From: an uncultured bacterium | GTDB lineage: Bacteria; Verrucomicrobiota; Verrucomicrobiia; Limisphaerales; UBA8199 | Reading direction: 5' to 3' | Assembly: GCA_963749495.1 (NCBI GenBank) | Contig: CAVVMW010000006.1 | Span: 384,001-448,000 of the forward strand | DNA: 64,000 nucleotides | Part shown: positions 47,759 through 58,107 of the stretch, one piece after another | Layout: every line of letters starts with the position of its first letter | How positions within the stretch are numbered: position 1 is the stretch's first letter | Position numbers and translations under genes: made by a program | The notes under the pieces: model-generated | Database searches by the model: none | Seen by the model: the letters and a program-made list of their open reading frames with translations, nothing else | Told to the model about the DNA's origin: nothing

Positions 47759-50414
47759 CTACGGCAGCACGATGCGGTAGAACCTTCGAGGCGAAGAAGT
47801 GGCCGAGTCGGAGGCGGTCAGGGTGCCGCTGATCGCGGTGACGGCGCTTCCCAAGTTGTTCCACGCGGCCGTAGTCAGATCGTCGGTGTATTGCACCTGG
47901 TAGGCAAGGCCGGGGACCGTGCTCCAGGTCAATGAGATTAGGCCGTGGGTTTCCGTCACCGCCTCCAGCGCCGGCGCCGGCAACGGTTGCACGCTGATGT
48001 CATCCAGCCCGAAGGCGTTCTGGTCATTGCGAAACTCCAACTCCAGAGCGGTGCTGGCCCGGGTCGCCGAAACCGCGAACTGGAAGTTGGTCCAGGCAAA
48101 CTCCCCCAGGTTGGCCCCATTGAACAGGGTCGTTCCGTTCCAAGAGGCGATGAACTCATTGGGCGTTCCGATGGCCGGGTTGTCCAGCCAGAACGAGAGC
48201 AGGTAACGTTGCCCGGCGGTGGTTGGCAGAGTCTGGGAAAGGGAACCCAGGGAACCATTTTGGCCGAGAAACGCGCTATAGATGCCGGAGTGGACGAAGA
48301 TCGAGGCATTGACCCCGGGAACAGGGTTGTTGCCGCCGTGCAAATCGGTGCCATCAATGCTGATGGCAAAATTGTTGCTGCTCTCTCCGGAAGACTTCCA
48401 GTACGTGAAATCACCGGTCTCGAAGCCGCCGTTTCCCGCCAGCAGGGTGAACTGGCGGTCCTGCCCGACACCATCATTGAGATTCTTGAACGAAACGGTC
48501 GTGGCAGAGATGCCGATGAGCAGGTTGCTGGCGGCTGAATTCAGGGCCACGGTGACAGTCGCAGCGGGGCCGCCGGGGGCCAGGGTGCCGCTGGCGGGTG
48601 AGACATTCAACCAAGCGGAGGTGTTGGCCAGAGACCACTTCAGCGAGGCGGCCCCGATGTTGGTCAAGGCGTAAGTCTGCGCCGCTACGCTGAACGGACC
48701 GCCCACCGGGCCTTGGGCGTAGAACCCCAAAGGCGGCGTGATGAGCAGCGGTTCCGTCGGCGGGGCGAGCAACGCCTCGATCAGCCTGGTCCCGCCGTTG
48801 GGGCTGCCCCAGCCCGTGCAAAGGTCATAGCCGCGAACGGCGTGGAACAGGGCCGGGTTGTTCGTGCTGGTGTTGTGCCCGATCGTGATGTCATGGAAAC
48901 AATTGGTGTAGCCGGCGCCTTTGCCAATTGCGTAGAGGGCGGGATTCAGAAAGCCGACCGGCGGTTTGCCGCTGGCGGCGGCCTGTTCGTTGACCAGCGC
49001 CGTGAAAGCGGCCCAGAGCGGCGCCGCGATACTGGTCCCAACCTTGGCCAAGGATTGGCCATCGTCGGCCATTACCCAGGCATTATCGGCAACCATGGCC
49101 ACATCGGGCACATTGCGCATGGTCGTGGAACCGTGGTTCAGGGACATGTCAATGCCCTGCTGCCAATCCGGGATGGGATAGATGCTGCTGATGCCGCCGC
49201 TGCTGCCGCTCCAGGCGACTTCCAGCGCCCAATTGTGCGAACTATCCGTCAGAAGCAAGGTTCCACCGACAACCGTGATGTACGGATCATCGGTCGGCTG
49301 GTCAACGAAGCTGCCGAACGCTCCGTTGTCGCCCGACGCCAGGAAGAATGACTGGCCTTGGGCCGCGAACTGCTGGAAGATCTGCTGCGACGTGGTGTCT
49401 ATGTCGAAACCCCAGGAACAACTCAGTTGTTTGGCGAGGTTGTCCGTGGCCATGCGATTGAGCAGGTCATCCGCGTTGGGCGCGGTCGGGTAGGGCGGGG
49501 CTTCATAAACGAGCACCTGGGAGAGGCCCGGCGCCATGCTGACGGCCATCTCGATGTCCAGCGCCACCTCTTCGTTGTTGTATTCGTTAACTGGATCGGT
49601 GGAGGGGACCCCGTTGAACCCATCCACCAGGACATTGCGCAGCACGACATTCGGCAGCCCGGCCTGCTTTTCATAGGCGGCGATGTCCGCCGCATAGTAG
49701 CCGTCCATCTCGAACAGACCGACTGTCTGCCCTGTGCCGGTGAGCGAGAGGCCCGGCACGTATGCATTCCGGTAGTCGTTGCCGAAATAGGCGCCGGAAC
49801 CGTCCGGCGCGGAGCCGCCGCGCGGGGTGGCCCCGAGAGGCCGGCCACGTGGGCCGGTGGCGGACCCGCGGGTGCGGCAAGGTGTAGTTGTCCAGACCGC
49901 TGATGTGCAGGACCCGCAGCCCTTTGTCCACCGAGGGCTCGGCCTCCGGCGCGAAAAAGGTGCGGGCGTCCTGTGGGTGCGGATACACGCGCAACTTTAC
50001 GTGAAAGGCCCTTTCTACATCCGCAACGGCCCCCGCCACGTCCACCAACATCCGGTTGGCGTGCGTGCCCGTGACCGCCAGGCCATTCGCCTTCGCGAAG
50101 GCGATTACGGTCTGGTACTCCGGTTCCGTCGGGCCGAAGGCCTCCGTGAACTGCTCCGGCGTCAGGTAGTGACGAAAGCCGCCGCTGGCCGGGTCGTAGA
50201 GCTGGCGGAGCAGGTTGGTGAGGCCCTCCCGGTTGCGCAAGGGCAGCCCGATCGCCAGTTCCAGGCGCTTCGTGACCGCCAGGCGGCCGACCGGCTCCAA
50301 CCGCGCCGCCGTCGCCGGCACGTGCCCACGCAGAGTTTGACGTTCCGCCGCGTGGACGCCCACGGCCAAGAACCAGAGCGAACAAACAACCACACATTTT
50401 AAATGATTGCGCAT
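47759..50414 (-). CDS. S53 (sedolisin/kumamolisin) peptidase with pro-domain and C-terminal Ig/CBM-like domains, frameshift at about 49830-49860
   Basis: Pro-domain HYLTPEQFTEAFGP; catalytic EVALDIE, ASGDNGA, GTSIAAP and GYDLCTGWGSP; C-terminal RRFYRI. Confidence 0.9.
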
Positions 50415-50451
50415 AGTGCCTGAGTCGCCGTGCGCGCCCCGCTGGCCAACT

Positions 50452-51098
50452 GTCCCGGAGGGACACATGAGAATAGCCCAATGCTTTAGCATTGGGTTGG
50501 CGCGCCCCAAAACGTTCCAGTCCCGAAGGGACGGGTGAGCGGGGCTACATTTCGGCCGTCCCTTTGGGACTTGACCGCCTCGGGCCCACCGCCCAACGTT
50601 TCTACGTTTGTCATTACCCACATCTCTCGCTGCCCTAATTGAGAGGATCTCATGCTTCCATGGCCCTCAGGCCAACGGCCTGACGCATACCAGCCCAGGG
50701 CAACGCCCTGGGTTTTCGAGCCGTTTTATCTTCTTGCAGGCCAACGGCCTGCCTCATCGGGTTGATTGGGCGGGTTGACGGGGACCGCTCTCCACGGGCC
50801 AATGGAACGTCGCCGAACCCCAATCCCATGGCACTATGAGTCGCGCTTTCAGCGCTCAACATGGTTTTTGGCCGATAAACCCAGGGCGTTGCCCCCGCCG
50901 CGCCGGAGCGCGAGCGAGGCGGGCTGGGCTGGTATGAGGGACGCCGTTGGCGTCCCGCACCGGCGCGGGGCGCTCCTCGGCTTGGCTCTCCGCGAGGCGT
51001 CCCTTGAGCCCAGAACTGGAATTGATACGACCGGGGAAAAGATGCGGGTAATGACAAGCGTTGAAACGTTGGGCCATTCTCGGATGTCCCTGCGGGAC
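50452..51098. repeat. Three-level nested repeat: GTCCCnnnGGGAC REP containing a TIR element (TTGTCATTACCCRCATCT) containing a CCCAGGGCAACGCCCTGGG REP ('REP-B')
   Basis: Outer hairpins at 50452-50570 and 51057-51098; TIRs at 50608-50625 and 51040-51057; inner element at about 50670-50953. Confidence 0.8.
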
Positions 51099-51173
51099 AG
51101 CACTCGGGCGCGTTCAGCCTGCTTGCGAGGAAATCTAACATCGTTGAACTCCTCATTGATGCTGCGCAGGTCA

Positions 51174-52724
51174 TTACTGGCTTAAGCGGAAAAACTGCTG
51201 TGTGCCGGTGATGGGGTTCGTCACTGCGTTCAGACCGTTCACGACGACCGGACCCGGTAAGACTGGGGTCCAGACCGCCGGTGAAACAAGGTTCGTGGTG
51301 GATTGCAAGGTGAACCCGGTGGCATTGGCCGGCCACGTCAAAATAACATTGCCTGCGGAAGGGATGATGGTCAGTTCTGGCGGTGCGATCGGCAACGAAA
51401 GACTGAACACCGTGCCACCGCCGAAACTCCCGCCAGAAGAGCCCGTTCCATACAGGGTATTGCCCGATAAAACCAATCCGGCCAGCGGATGAGCTCCGTC
51501 ACTGTTGAGATAAGGTCCAGGATGGGGAGCGGTCGCGGTGAAGCTATACAGGGTCGCAAAACCCGTGCCATCGGTGTTGAGGGCGAACACGGTGCCGTTG
51601 CCACAACTGCCGCCATTAAACGCCGTCCCATACAGGGTGCTGCCCGACAAAATCAAACAGGCAACAGGATTCGCTCCGTCGCTGTTGGTTCCAGTATAAG
51701 GAGCAGAGAGTGGCTTAAAAGTATGCAGGGTGCCAAAACCTGTGCTATCGGTGTTGACCTTGAACACCGTGCCATTGCCCCAACTGCCACCATAATAGGC
51801 GGTCCCATACAAGGTATTGCCCGATAAAAGCAATCTGTTAGGCGAAACAGCTCCGTCGCTGTTTGTAATGTGAGGATAAGAACCGGACCCTAACACGAAA
51901 CTATGCAGGGTCGTAAAACCCGTGCCGTCAGTGTTCAGCTTGTACACCGTGCCATTCCCCGAATTGCCGCCAAAAGATGCCGTCCCGTACAGGGTGTTCC
52001 CCGATAAAATCAATCCGCCTTCCAGCGTACCTCCATCCGTTCCGCCAGTGAAATCATACAGAGTCGTAAAACCCGTGCCATCAGTGTTGACCTTGAACAC
52101 TGTGCCATTCGCCGAACTGCCGCCAAGCTCTGCCGTCCCAAACAGGCTGTTGCCCGAGAGGATCAATCCGGCCTGCGGTTCAGCTCCGTCGCTGTTGTTA
52201 TAAGGCGCAGAAGCCGGGAGTGCGGCGAAACTATGCAAGGTCGTGAAACCGGTGCCGTCCGTGTTCACGGCGAACACCGTCCCATTGCCCCCAGTGCCAC
52301 CCAACGCCGCCGTCCCATACAGGGTGTTGCCCGATAAAATCAGACCGCCATTCGGGTCCCTTCCGTCGCTGCCGCCAGTGAAATCGTACAGGGTCGTAAA
52401 GCCGGAGCCATCGGTGTTGACGGCGAACGCCGTTGTGCTCGAAAAGCCGTCGCCATACGTGGTCCCATACAGCGTGTTGTCCGATAAAATCAATTCCCTA
52501 TGCGGCGAAGCTCCGTCGCTGCCGCCGGTGAAACTATACAGGGTCGTGAACGTCTGCGCCGTCACCGGTCCAGCCAATGCCAAGTCGAGAGCCGCGACCA
52601 GTGCCGGCATGACGAACCGATTTGTAATGTGAGTTTTCGTGGTTTGCCTCTTATAGTCAGGAATTAACCGGGCTTCGTCTTTTCGTGTGCGAGTCGCTGT
52701 TTTCACGTATTTCGCATGTTTCAT
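51174..52724 (-). CDS. Choice-of-anchor tandem-repeat (GloVer-type) secreted protein
   Basis: About 7 repeats of GLILSGNTLYGT...GNGTVFxVNTDGTGFTTLHSF; C-terminal FTLQSTTNL...QQFFRL. Confidence 0.85.
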   Translation of the reverse strand: MKHAKYVKTATRTRKDEARLIPDYKRQTTKTHITNRFVMPALVAALDLALAGPVTAQTFTTLYSFTGGSDGASPHRELILSDNTLYGTTYGDGFSSTTAFAVNTDGSGFTTLYDFTGGSDGRDPNGGLILSGNTLYGTAALGGTGGNGTVFAVNTDGTGFTTLHSFAALPASAPYNNSDGAEPQAGLILSGNSLFGTAELGGSSANGTVFKVNTDGTGFTTLYDFTGGTDGGTLEGGLILSGNTLYGTASFGGNSGNGTVYKLNTDGTGFTTLHSFVLGSGSYPHITNSDGAVSPNRLLLSGNTLYGTAYYGGSWGNGTVFKVNTDSTGFGTLHTFKPLSAPYTGTNSDGANPVACLILSGSTLYGTAFNGGSCGNGTVFALNTDGTGFATLYSFTATAPHPGPYLNSDGAHPLAGLVLSGNTLYGTGSSGGSFGGGTVFSLSLPIAPPELTIIPSAGNVILTWPANATGFTLQSTTNLVSPAVWTPVLPGPVVVNGLNAVTNPITGTQQFFRLSQ

Positions 52725-52926
52725 GGTTCCACTGCTGTTTTTACCGTCATACGCTCGTCTATGTCAAAACCGCCGCACAATCTGGTGGCTGCCCGTGCCA
52801 TCATTGCCCAACCAGTCAAGAGCAGGTTTCGCGGAGCGTCAATCCCGAGTCCCCACCACGCGGCGCCGCAGCCCCGAGCCGTGTGGCGCAAGAGCCTGGC
52901 AAGCGCGTAAAGCCTTGAGGCGCGGT

Positions 52927-54222
52927 TCATTGACCCTTTGGCAGCAGCCGCACAATCCAGTGTTCACCTGCGGCATCCGAGGCGCCGCCGGTGACTAACA
53001 GGTTTCCTGCAGCGTCGGTGGCCACTCCCTCCGCTATGGCGCCTTGGAGGTCATCGATGGTTTGCCAGCCAGATGAACGGAGTCTTCTCACGATCCAATG
53101 TCCTTTACCCAGCGCATCGATGGCAGATCCCACCACAACGACATTTCCGGCGGAGTCTGTTCCGCAGCCAAGAGCCTCGGCGTATTGGTTCGGTGCATAG
53201 GTATAAGTGTCCGCGGTTGACCACGTAGTGCCGCCATCGCCGCTGATGCGGGTAATCCAAGCGCAATAGCCGTTTGTCAAGGTCCCGCCCTTTGTTCTCA
53301 CGACCCCAGTTGCTATGAACTGCTGTCCCACCACATAGATGTTTCGCAAACTGTCACCGCACACTCCGTGGGCGGTCGCATTGGGGATAGGACCATCGAC
53401 AGTCACCCAGGTGCCCGCATCACCAGTAATACTCTTTCGCACGAGCCACGGTCCGGGATAAAAATACTGGCCGACAACAAAAACTCCTTTGCCCGGCACA
53501 ACCGCAACGGCACTGGCTACCGGGCCTTCCACGTCGTCCACCAGGGTCCAGGTTTGGCCCCCATCGCTGCTCTTGCGCACCAACCGGTGAAGAGTGATCT
53601 GGGTTGCGGCATGTTTCCCGGAACCCGTTACTCTTACACCATGACCTCCACCGACAACGTAGATGTTGCCCGAATCGTCTGTGGCAAAGCCTGTTGGCCA
53701 CACCCATTGCCCTGGACTGTACTGGTATAGGCTCCCATCCGGCTCATACAGGGTGGACCAACTTTGGCCGCCGTTTGAGCTTTTCCGGACGTACCAAAAG
53801 GCTTCCCCTGGGGTAGCGTCTGGCCAGAGTTGGCCCACGGAGTACAAAAAGCCGCGGCTGTCATAGCCGCAGTCATAAATATCGGAACTGTACTGGCTCG
53901 GGTTGAAACCAGGGTCCAGCAAGGTATCGTCGCTTAAGCCCCAGACGGCCGACAGATCGCCCTTGGCCAATTGCGAGGTTTCGCTGGTGAGGGCGATGCC
54001 GTGTCCGACTCCAGAGGCGTCGTTTGCGGTGCCGGCGGTGAACACCTGGCTGACCAGGTCTGCCGCTATGCCGCGGCTACCCGCGGGCTCTCCGACTGCA
54101 AGCTGGTAATCCAGGACCGTTTGCCAGGTCTGGGCGCGAACAGCGTTGGTTCCCAGCAGCGCGGCCAGCGCCGTTAGGCAGGCCAGCCATTTCGTGAGTC
54201 TGACTGTTGTATTTGTTTTCAT
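52927..54222 (-). CDS. Secreted hypothetical beta-propeller protein
   Basis: Signal peptide; repeats of DxxGNIYVVG and WxVRKSxDGGxTW. Confidence 0.72.
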   Translation of the reverse strand: MKTNTTVRLTKWLACLTALAALLGTNAVRAQTWQTVLDYQLAVGEPAGSRGIAADLVSQVFTAGTANDASGVGHGIALTSETSQLAKGDLSAVWGLSDDTLLDPGFNPSQYSSDIYDCGYDSRGFLYSVGQLWPDATPGEAFWYVRKSSNGGQSWSTLYEPDGSLYQYSPGQWVWPTGFATDDSGNIYVVGGGHGVRVTGSGKHAATQITLHRLVRKSSDGGQTWTLVDDVEGPVASAVAVVPGKGVFVVGQYFYPGPWLVRKSITGDAGTWVTVDGPIPNATAHGVCGDSLRNIYVVGQQFIATGVVRTKGGTLTNGYCAWITRISGDGGTTWSTADTYTYAPNQYAEALGCGTDSAGNVVVVGSAIDALGKGHWIVRRLRSSGWQTIDDLQGAIAEGVATDAAGNLLVTGGASDAAGEHWIVRLLPKGQ

Positions 54223-54286
54223 GGTGTGTTTGATGGTTTAGTTTTGTTTTGTTGTTTTGTGGAGCAACGGCCTGTCGGGGACGTAT

Positions 54287-57286
54287 TCATTTCGGCGGCG
54301 TTCCCTTCTTCTCCACAAGCTGCTTCAGGTGCTCGCGAATCTCCGCGGCGGGCGGATTATCTCCGGCCAGTTCGAGGGCTTTCTTGAGGGTGGCTTCGGC
54401 GTCGGCCAGTTCGCCGCGCTGGAAATGCACCCAGCCCAGCGTGTCGAGATCATTCGCGTCCTTCGGCGCGGCCTGGACGGCGCGGCGGGAAAGGGCGAGG
54501 GCTTCGTCGAGCTTGAGGCGGTGCTCGGCCAGAAACCACGCGAAACCGTTGCACACGTGCGGCTCGTCCGGGCTCATTGCGAGCGCCTGCCGGAAGAATT
54601 GTTCCGCCTCCTCCACCTTGCCTTGGTCGCCGCACACGGACGCCAGGTTCACATAGGTCTGGAGCTTGATGGAAGCCGGCGCGCGTTCGAGGACGGCACG
54701 AAACATTTTCTCCGCTTCCGCGAATTGCCTGCGCATGGCGTGGAGGATTCCGAGATTCATGCAGCAGCCGAGGTTGTCGGGATCAATCTCCAGCGCCTTG
54801 CGATATTGCCGCTCGGCTTCATCGAGCCGCCCCTGGTTGCGCAACAGTTCTCCGAGATTGTTGTTGGCGGCGGAAGAGCCAGGCTCAATCTCAAGGGCCT
54901 TCCGATACATCCTCTCGGCCTCGGCGAACTGGCCTCGCAGACCGAGCACAATCCCCAAGCCGTCGAGGGCGACGGCATCGTCAGGCTCGATCTCGAGGGC
55001 CTTTCGGTAGAGCGCTTCGGCCTCATCAAGCCGGAGGCCGCGTTCGCGCAAAAGTGTGGCCAGATCGACGTGCGCGCTGTTGTCGCTGGGACCCAGCGCG
55101 ATGGCCTTGCGGAAGGCGGCCTCGGCGTCATCGACCCGGCCCAGCTCAAGATAGACCTTGCCCAGGACTGTGCGGGCAGTCGCGTGGGCGGGTTCCAATT
55201 CGACGGCTTTGAGCGCGGCTGGCAAAGCGGCATCCGTCTGGCGGGCGCGCAACAACACCTCAGCTTTTTGCGCGAACAGGTCGGCGGAGAGCGGATTCAA
55301 ACGCAGGCCGGCGTCCACGGCGTTGACCGCATCGGCATAACGCTCGACCAACGTGTAGGCGTCTGCCAGCCAGTGCGCGCTCAGCCACCAGGCGGGCGCC
55401 AGCCGCGCAGCCTCTTCCAGCTCCTGCAAGGCCCGGTCAAAGTTGCCGATGCTGCGCAGGGCCAGTCCCAGACTGAAATGATAGAGTGCCACCGGCGGGT
55501 CAAGTTCGACGGCGCGCCGATAATGACGGATCGCTTCGCCCATCTCCTCCTTGGCCTCGTGAAGGAATGCGAGGTTGTAGCGAACGGCGGCGCAATCGGG
55601 AAAACTGCCGAGCAAGCGCTCCAACGCGATTTGTCCGGCGGCGGTTTGGCCTGGGGCAATCCGCTGCCGGGGTCCGGGGGCAATCAATTGCCACGTCGCA
55701 TCGAACAACTGCTTCTGCACGTTGGCCGGGACGCCTGGCAGCGCTGGGGCATTGGACGGCGCGGTGGGCGTCAGCGCGACGGCCCTTTCCTGGCCGGCGC
55801 GCTGGAGGCTCAAAGTGATGGGCTGGTGCAAACTGGAAAGGATCGCGGCGCGCACTTGCCACTGGTTCGTCACCGGCTGGCCATTCACCGCGCTGATCAC
55901 GTCGCCGACCTGCAGTCCGGCTTGCTCGGCTGGTGAGCCGCGCCAGACCCGCGAGATGCGCGCGGCGTTTGACCGTTGAAGCGGCCCTCCGGCTGCCGCC
56001 GGTTCGCCCTGAGATTCGCCCGCCAGGTTGATTCCGATCCAACCGGCCGGATAGACCAAGTCTTCAAAGGCGTCATGCAAAATAAGTTTTGGATTCGTCA
56101 CCGCCAAGTACCTGGTAGTGAGCCGAAAGGTTTTCAGGCTCGCGATTCGCTTCGGCTCGGTCGGCGCGGTGTCGGCGGAGGCCTGGCTTTCCGTCAGTGC
56201 GGTGGCCTCGACTTTGCCGAAGGCATTGAAGAACTCCACGGCGCCTTCTTTGACGGTGAGGACAGCGACCAAACGGGTTGACGGTTGAGAATTGAGAGTT
56301 GAGGGATGTGTCTTCTGCACTTTCAGACCAAACTCGGTTCCCTTCACGGCCGCGGTCGCGACGGGCGTTTGGACTGCAAACTGTGACTGGCTGGTGGTCT
56401 TCTGCACTTTGGCCCAGACCTGCCCGAGAAGGAGCTTAACTTCGGGCGGGCGCGAGAGTGCCAGTGGCCAGGCCGGAGCGGACTTCGGGGTCCGGATTTC
56501 CTTCACACTTCGCACTTTGGACTTCGGAATTTCTATGGTGGTATTAAAATTCAGGCGCAACGTCGTGCCGTCCTTGAACTGAATCTCGGTTTTGTCAGCG
56601 TCGCCCGTTTCGATGCGGTCCCCCAGCCAGACGGTGGTGGAGAGTGAAGCGTCAAGGCTAGAGTGTTGGCCTGCGTGCCGGACCTTGGGCGAGCCAACGA
56701 CTGCGGCGAAGTGGCCGATTTCGATGCGTGGACCCTGGGCCGCTGTGAAATAGAAAAAGAGCCCGACGCCAAGCAGGACGGCTGCGGCTGCGCCAAAGGC
56801 GAATCGGCGAATGGCTGAAGCGGTAAGAGGAAGTTGCGGAATTAACCGCAGAGAACGCAAAGAACGCAAGAACTGAGGGAATTGAAGCTCTTCTTTGTGA
56901 TCTCTGCGTTCTTTGCGGCTAATCCTGCCGCCGACGCTAAAGAATTCACGCCACGATTGGATGAAACGGCGAAGTGGCGATGGGGCGATGGGGCGGGTCG
57001 TGCCTGGCTCGCGCTGGGCGGCCTGGGGAGAGACCGTCTCCTCCAACACGCGCGCTTTCAGTTGCGCAGGGCCAATGCCGCCCACCGCCGCGAGGATTGA
57101 CTGCTTTACGCGCTGCTTCTGCGTCTCCGGCCGCAGCATGGAGCGCAGCAGGCGATCCAGCTTTCGTTGTTCCAGGACGTAGCGCAATGCCTCTGGCTCG
57201 CTGGCGAGTTGCGCCTGGATCTGCGCACGGGCTTCCGCATCGAGGGCGTCTTCGAGGTACGCCGCTAAAGTGTCGCGGTCGATCAT
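54287..57286 (-). CDS. Putative anti-sigma factor with TM, FecR, PDZ and TPR domains
   Basis: LAAYLEDALD N-terminus, TM helix, FecR motifs (GDRIETG, FKDGTTLRL, VQTPVATAAVKGTEF), PDZ (GSPAEQAGLQVGDVISAVNG) and many TPRs ending DTLGWVHF. Confidence 0.85.
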   Translation of the reverse strand: MIDRDTLAAYLEDALDAEARAQIQAQLASEPEALRYVLEQRKLDRLLRSMLRPETQKQRVKQSILAAVGGIGPAQLKARVLEETVSPQAAQREPGTTRPIAPSPLRRFIQSWREFFSVGGRISRKERRDHKEELQFPQFLRSLRSLRLIPQLPLTASAIRRFAFGAAAAVLLGVGLFFYFTAAQGPRIEIGHFAAVVGSPKVRHAGQHSSLDASLSTTVWLGDRIETGDADKTEIQFKDGTTLRLNFNTTIEIPKSKVRSVKEIRTPKSAPAWPLALSRPPEVKLLLGQVWAKVQKTTSQSQFAVQTPVATAAVKGTEFGLKVQKTHPSTLNSQPSTRLVAVLTVKEGAVEFFNAFGKVEATALTESQASADTAPTEPKRIASLKTFRLTTRYLAVTNPKLILHDAFEDLVYPAGWIGINLAGESQGEPAAAGGPLQRSNAARISRVWRGSPAEQAGLQVGDVISAVNGQPVTNQWQVRAAILSSLHQPITLSLQRAGQERAVALTPTAPSNAPALPGVPANVQKQLFDATWQLIAPGPRQRIAPGQTAAGQIALERLLGSFPDCAAVRYNLAFLHEAKEEMGEAIRHYRRAVELDPPVALYHFSLGLALRSIGNFDRALQELEEAARLAPAWWLSAHWLADAYTLVERYADAVNAVDAGLRLNPLSADLFAQKAEVLLRARQTDAALPAALKAVELEPAHATARTVLGKVYLELGRVDDAEAAFRKAIALGPSDNSAHVDLATLLRERGLRLDEAEALYRKALEIEPDDAVALDGLGIVLGLRGQFAEAERMYRKALEIEPGSSAANNNLGELLRNQGRLDEAERQYRKALEIDPDNLGCCMNLGILHAMRRQFAEAEKMFRAVLERAPASIKLQTYVNLASVCGDQGKVEEAEQFFRQALAMSPDEPHVCNGFAWFLAEHRLKLDEALALSRRAVQAAPKDANDLDTLGWVHFQRGELADAEATLKKALELAGDNPPAAEIREHLKQLVEKKGTPPK

Positions 57287-57864
57287 GTCGGCTCCTTGGC
57301 AACGGCGCGCTCGATACATTCTCGGAGCTGCTGGCGCAAGCGGCACAGGGTCGTGCGCACCCAGGCCAGGCTGCGTTGCAGGCGTTGGGCGATGTCCGCC
57401 GTGGAATGCTCGTCGTGATATTTTAAGGTCAGCAACTGGCGAAGGGGCTGGGGGACTTTTGCCAGACAATCGTCGAGGGCTTCGACTTCGCGCGAGCTTT
57501 CGCCCTCGTTTTCGGCAAGTGCCATCTCAATCTGCCGATGCTCGGCGTAGTTGATCCGGTTTCGTTCTTCCCGGCAGTAGCGCTCGATTTCAGCGCGGAT
57601 TTTGTTGCTGGCGATGGCGCACAACCAGGCGCGAACGGCCGTGCCCACGGTGAATTGGTGGATGTGATGGTAGGCAAAGACGAACGTCTCGTGAGTGATC
57701 TCGTCCACCAGGTGGGATACGGGCAACCGCAGCGAGATGAAGGCATGAAGGTGATCCAGGTGGTGGTCCACCAGGAGCCCGAAGGCTTGGGCGTCGCCGC
57801 GCTGCACGGCCTCGACCAGCGCCGCGTCGTCCGGCTCATCCCGCCTTATGTCGGTCGTGACCAT
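57283..57864 (-). CDS. ECF RNA polymerase sigma factor
   Basis: GDAQAFGLLV, ETFVFAY, RAWLCAIA and DIAQRL...VRTTLCRLRQQLRECI. Confidence 0.9.
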   Translation of the reverse strand: MVTTDIRRDEPDDAALVEAVQRGDAQAFGLLVDHHLDHLHAFISLRLPVSHLVDEITHETFVFAYHHIHQFTVGTAVRAWLCAIASNKIRAEIERYCREERNRINYAEHRQIEMALAENEGESSREVEALDDCLAKVPQPLRQLLTLKYHDEHSTADIAQRLQRSLAWVRTTLCRLRQQLRECIERAVAKEPT

Positions 57865-57881
57865 ATCGGTTTCTGCCCGAT

Positions 57882-57910
57882 CTATAGGACTTCCCCCCCG
57901 CAACGTTACA
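57882..57910 (-). promoter_or_regulatory. Candidate ECF-type autoregulatory promoter (TGTAAC...GTCCTATA)
   Basis: Minus strand reads TGTAAC-13 nt-GTCCTATA just upstream of the ECF start codon. Confidence 0.35.
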
Positions 57911-58107
57911 AAATAATCCGCGACAATCGGAAATCCTGGGGGGGAGTGTTTCAGGCGAGGGAGAATGGGATTCCATAAACACCTCTACCCATTAACAGAA
58001 CAATTGCAAACGCAGCCGTTGAACCAGAACGGGGTCAGAACAAGATTGCCTCACTATTCTCGGATTTTTGGCTGGAACAGACTCTCTTCCAATGTGCCGC
58101 TCACGGC

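Noticed and set aside
1747..50414. mdh, cdsA, kinase, S53, PQQ, URO-D and outer-membrane genes as true pseudogenes or programmed frameshifts
   Set aside because: Each has a single-base indel with both halves otherwise intact, core genes are affected, and no slippery sites are evident. Sequencing error is more likely.
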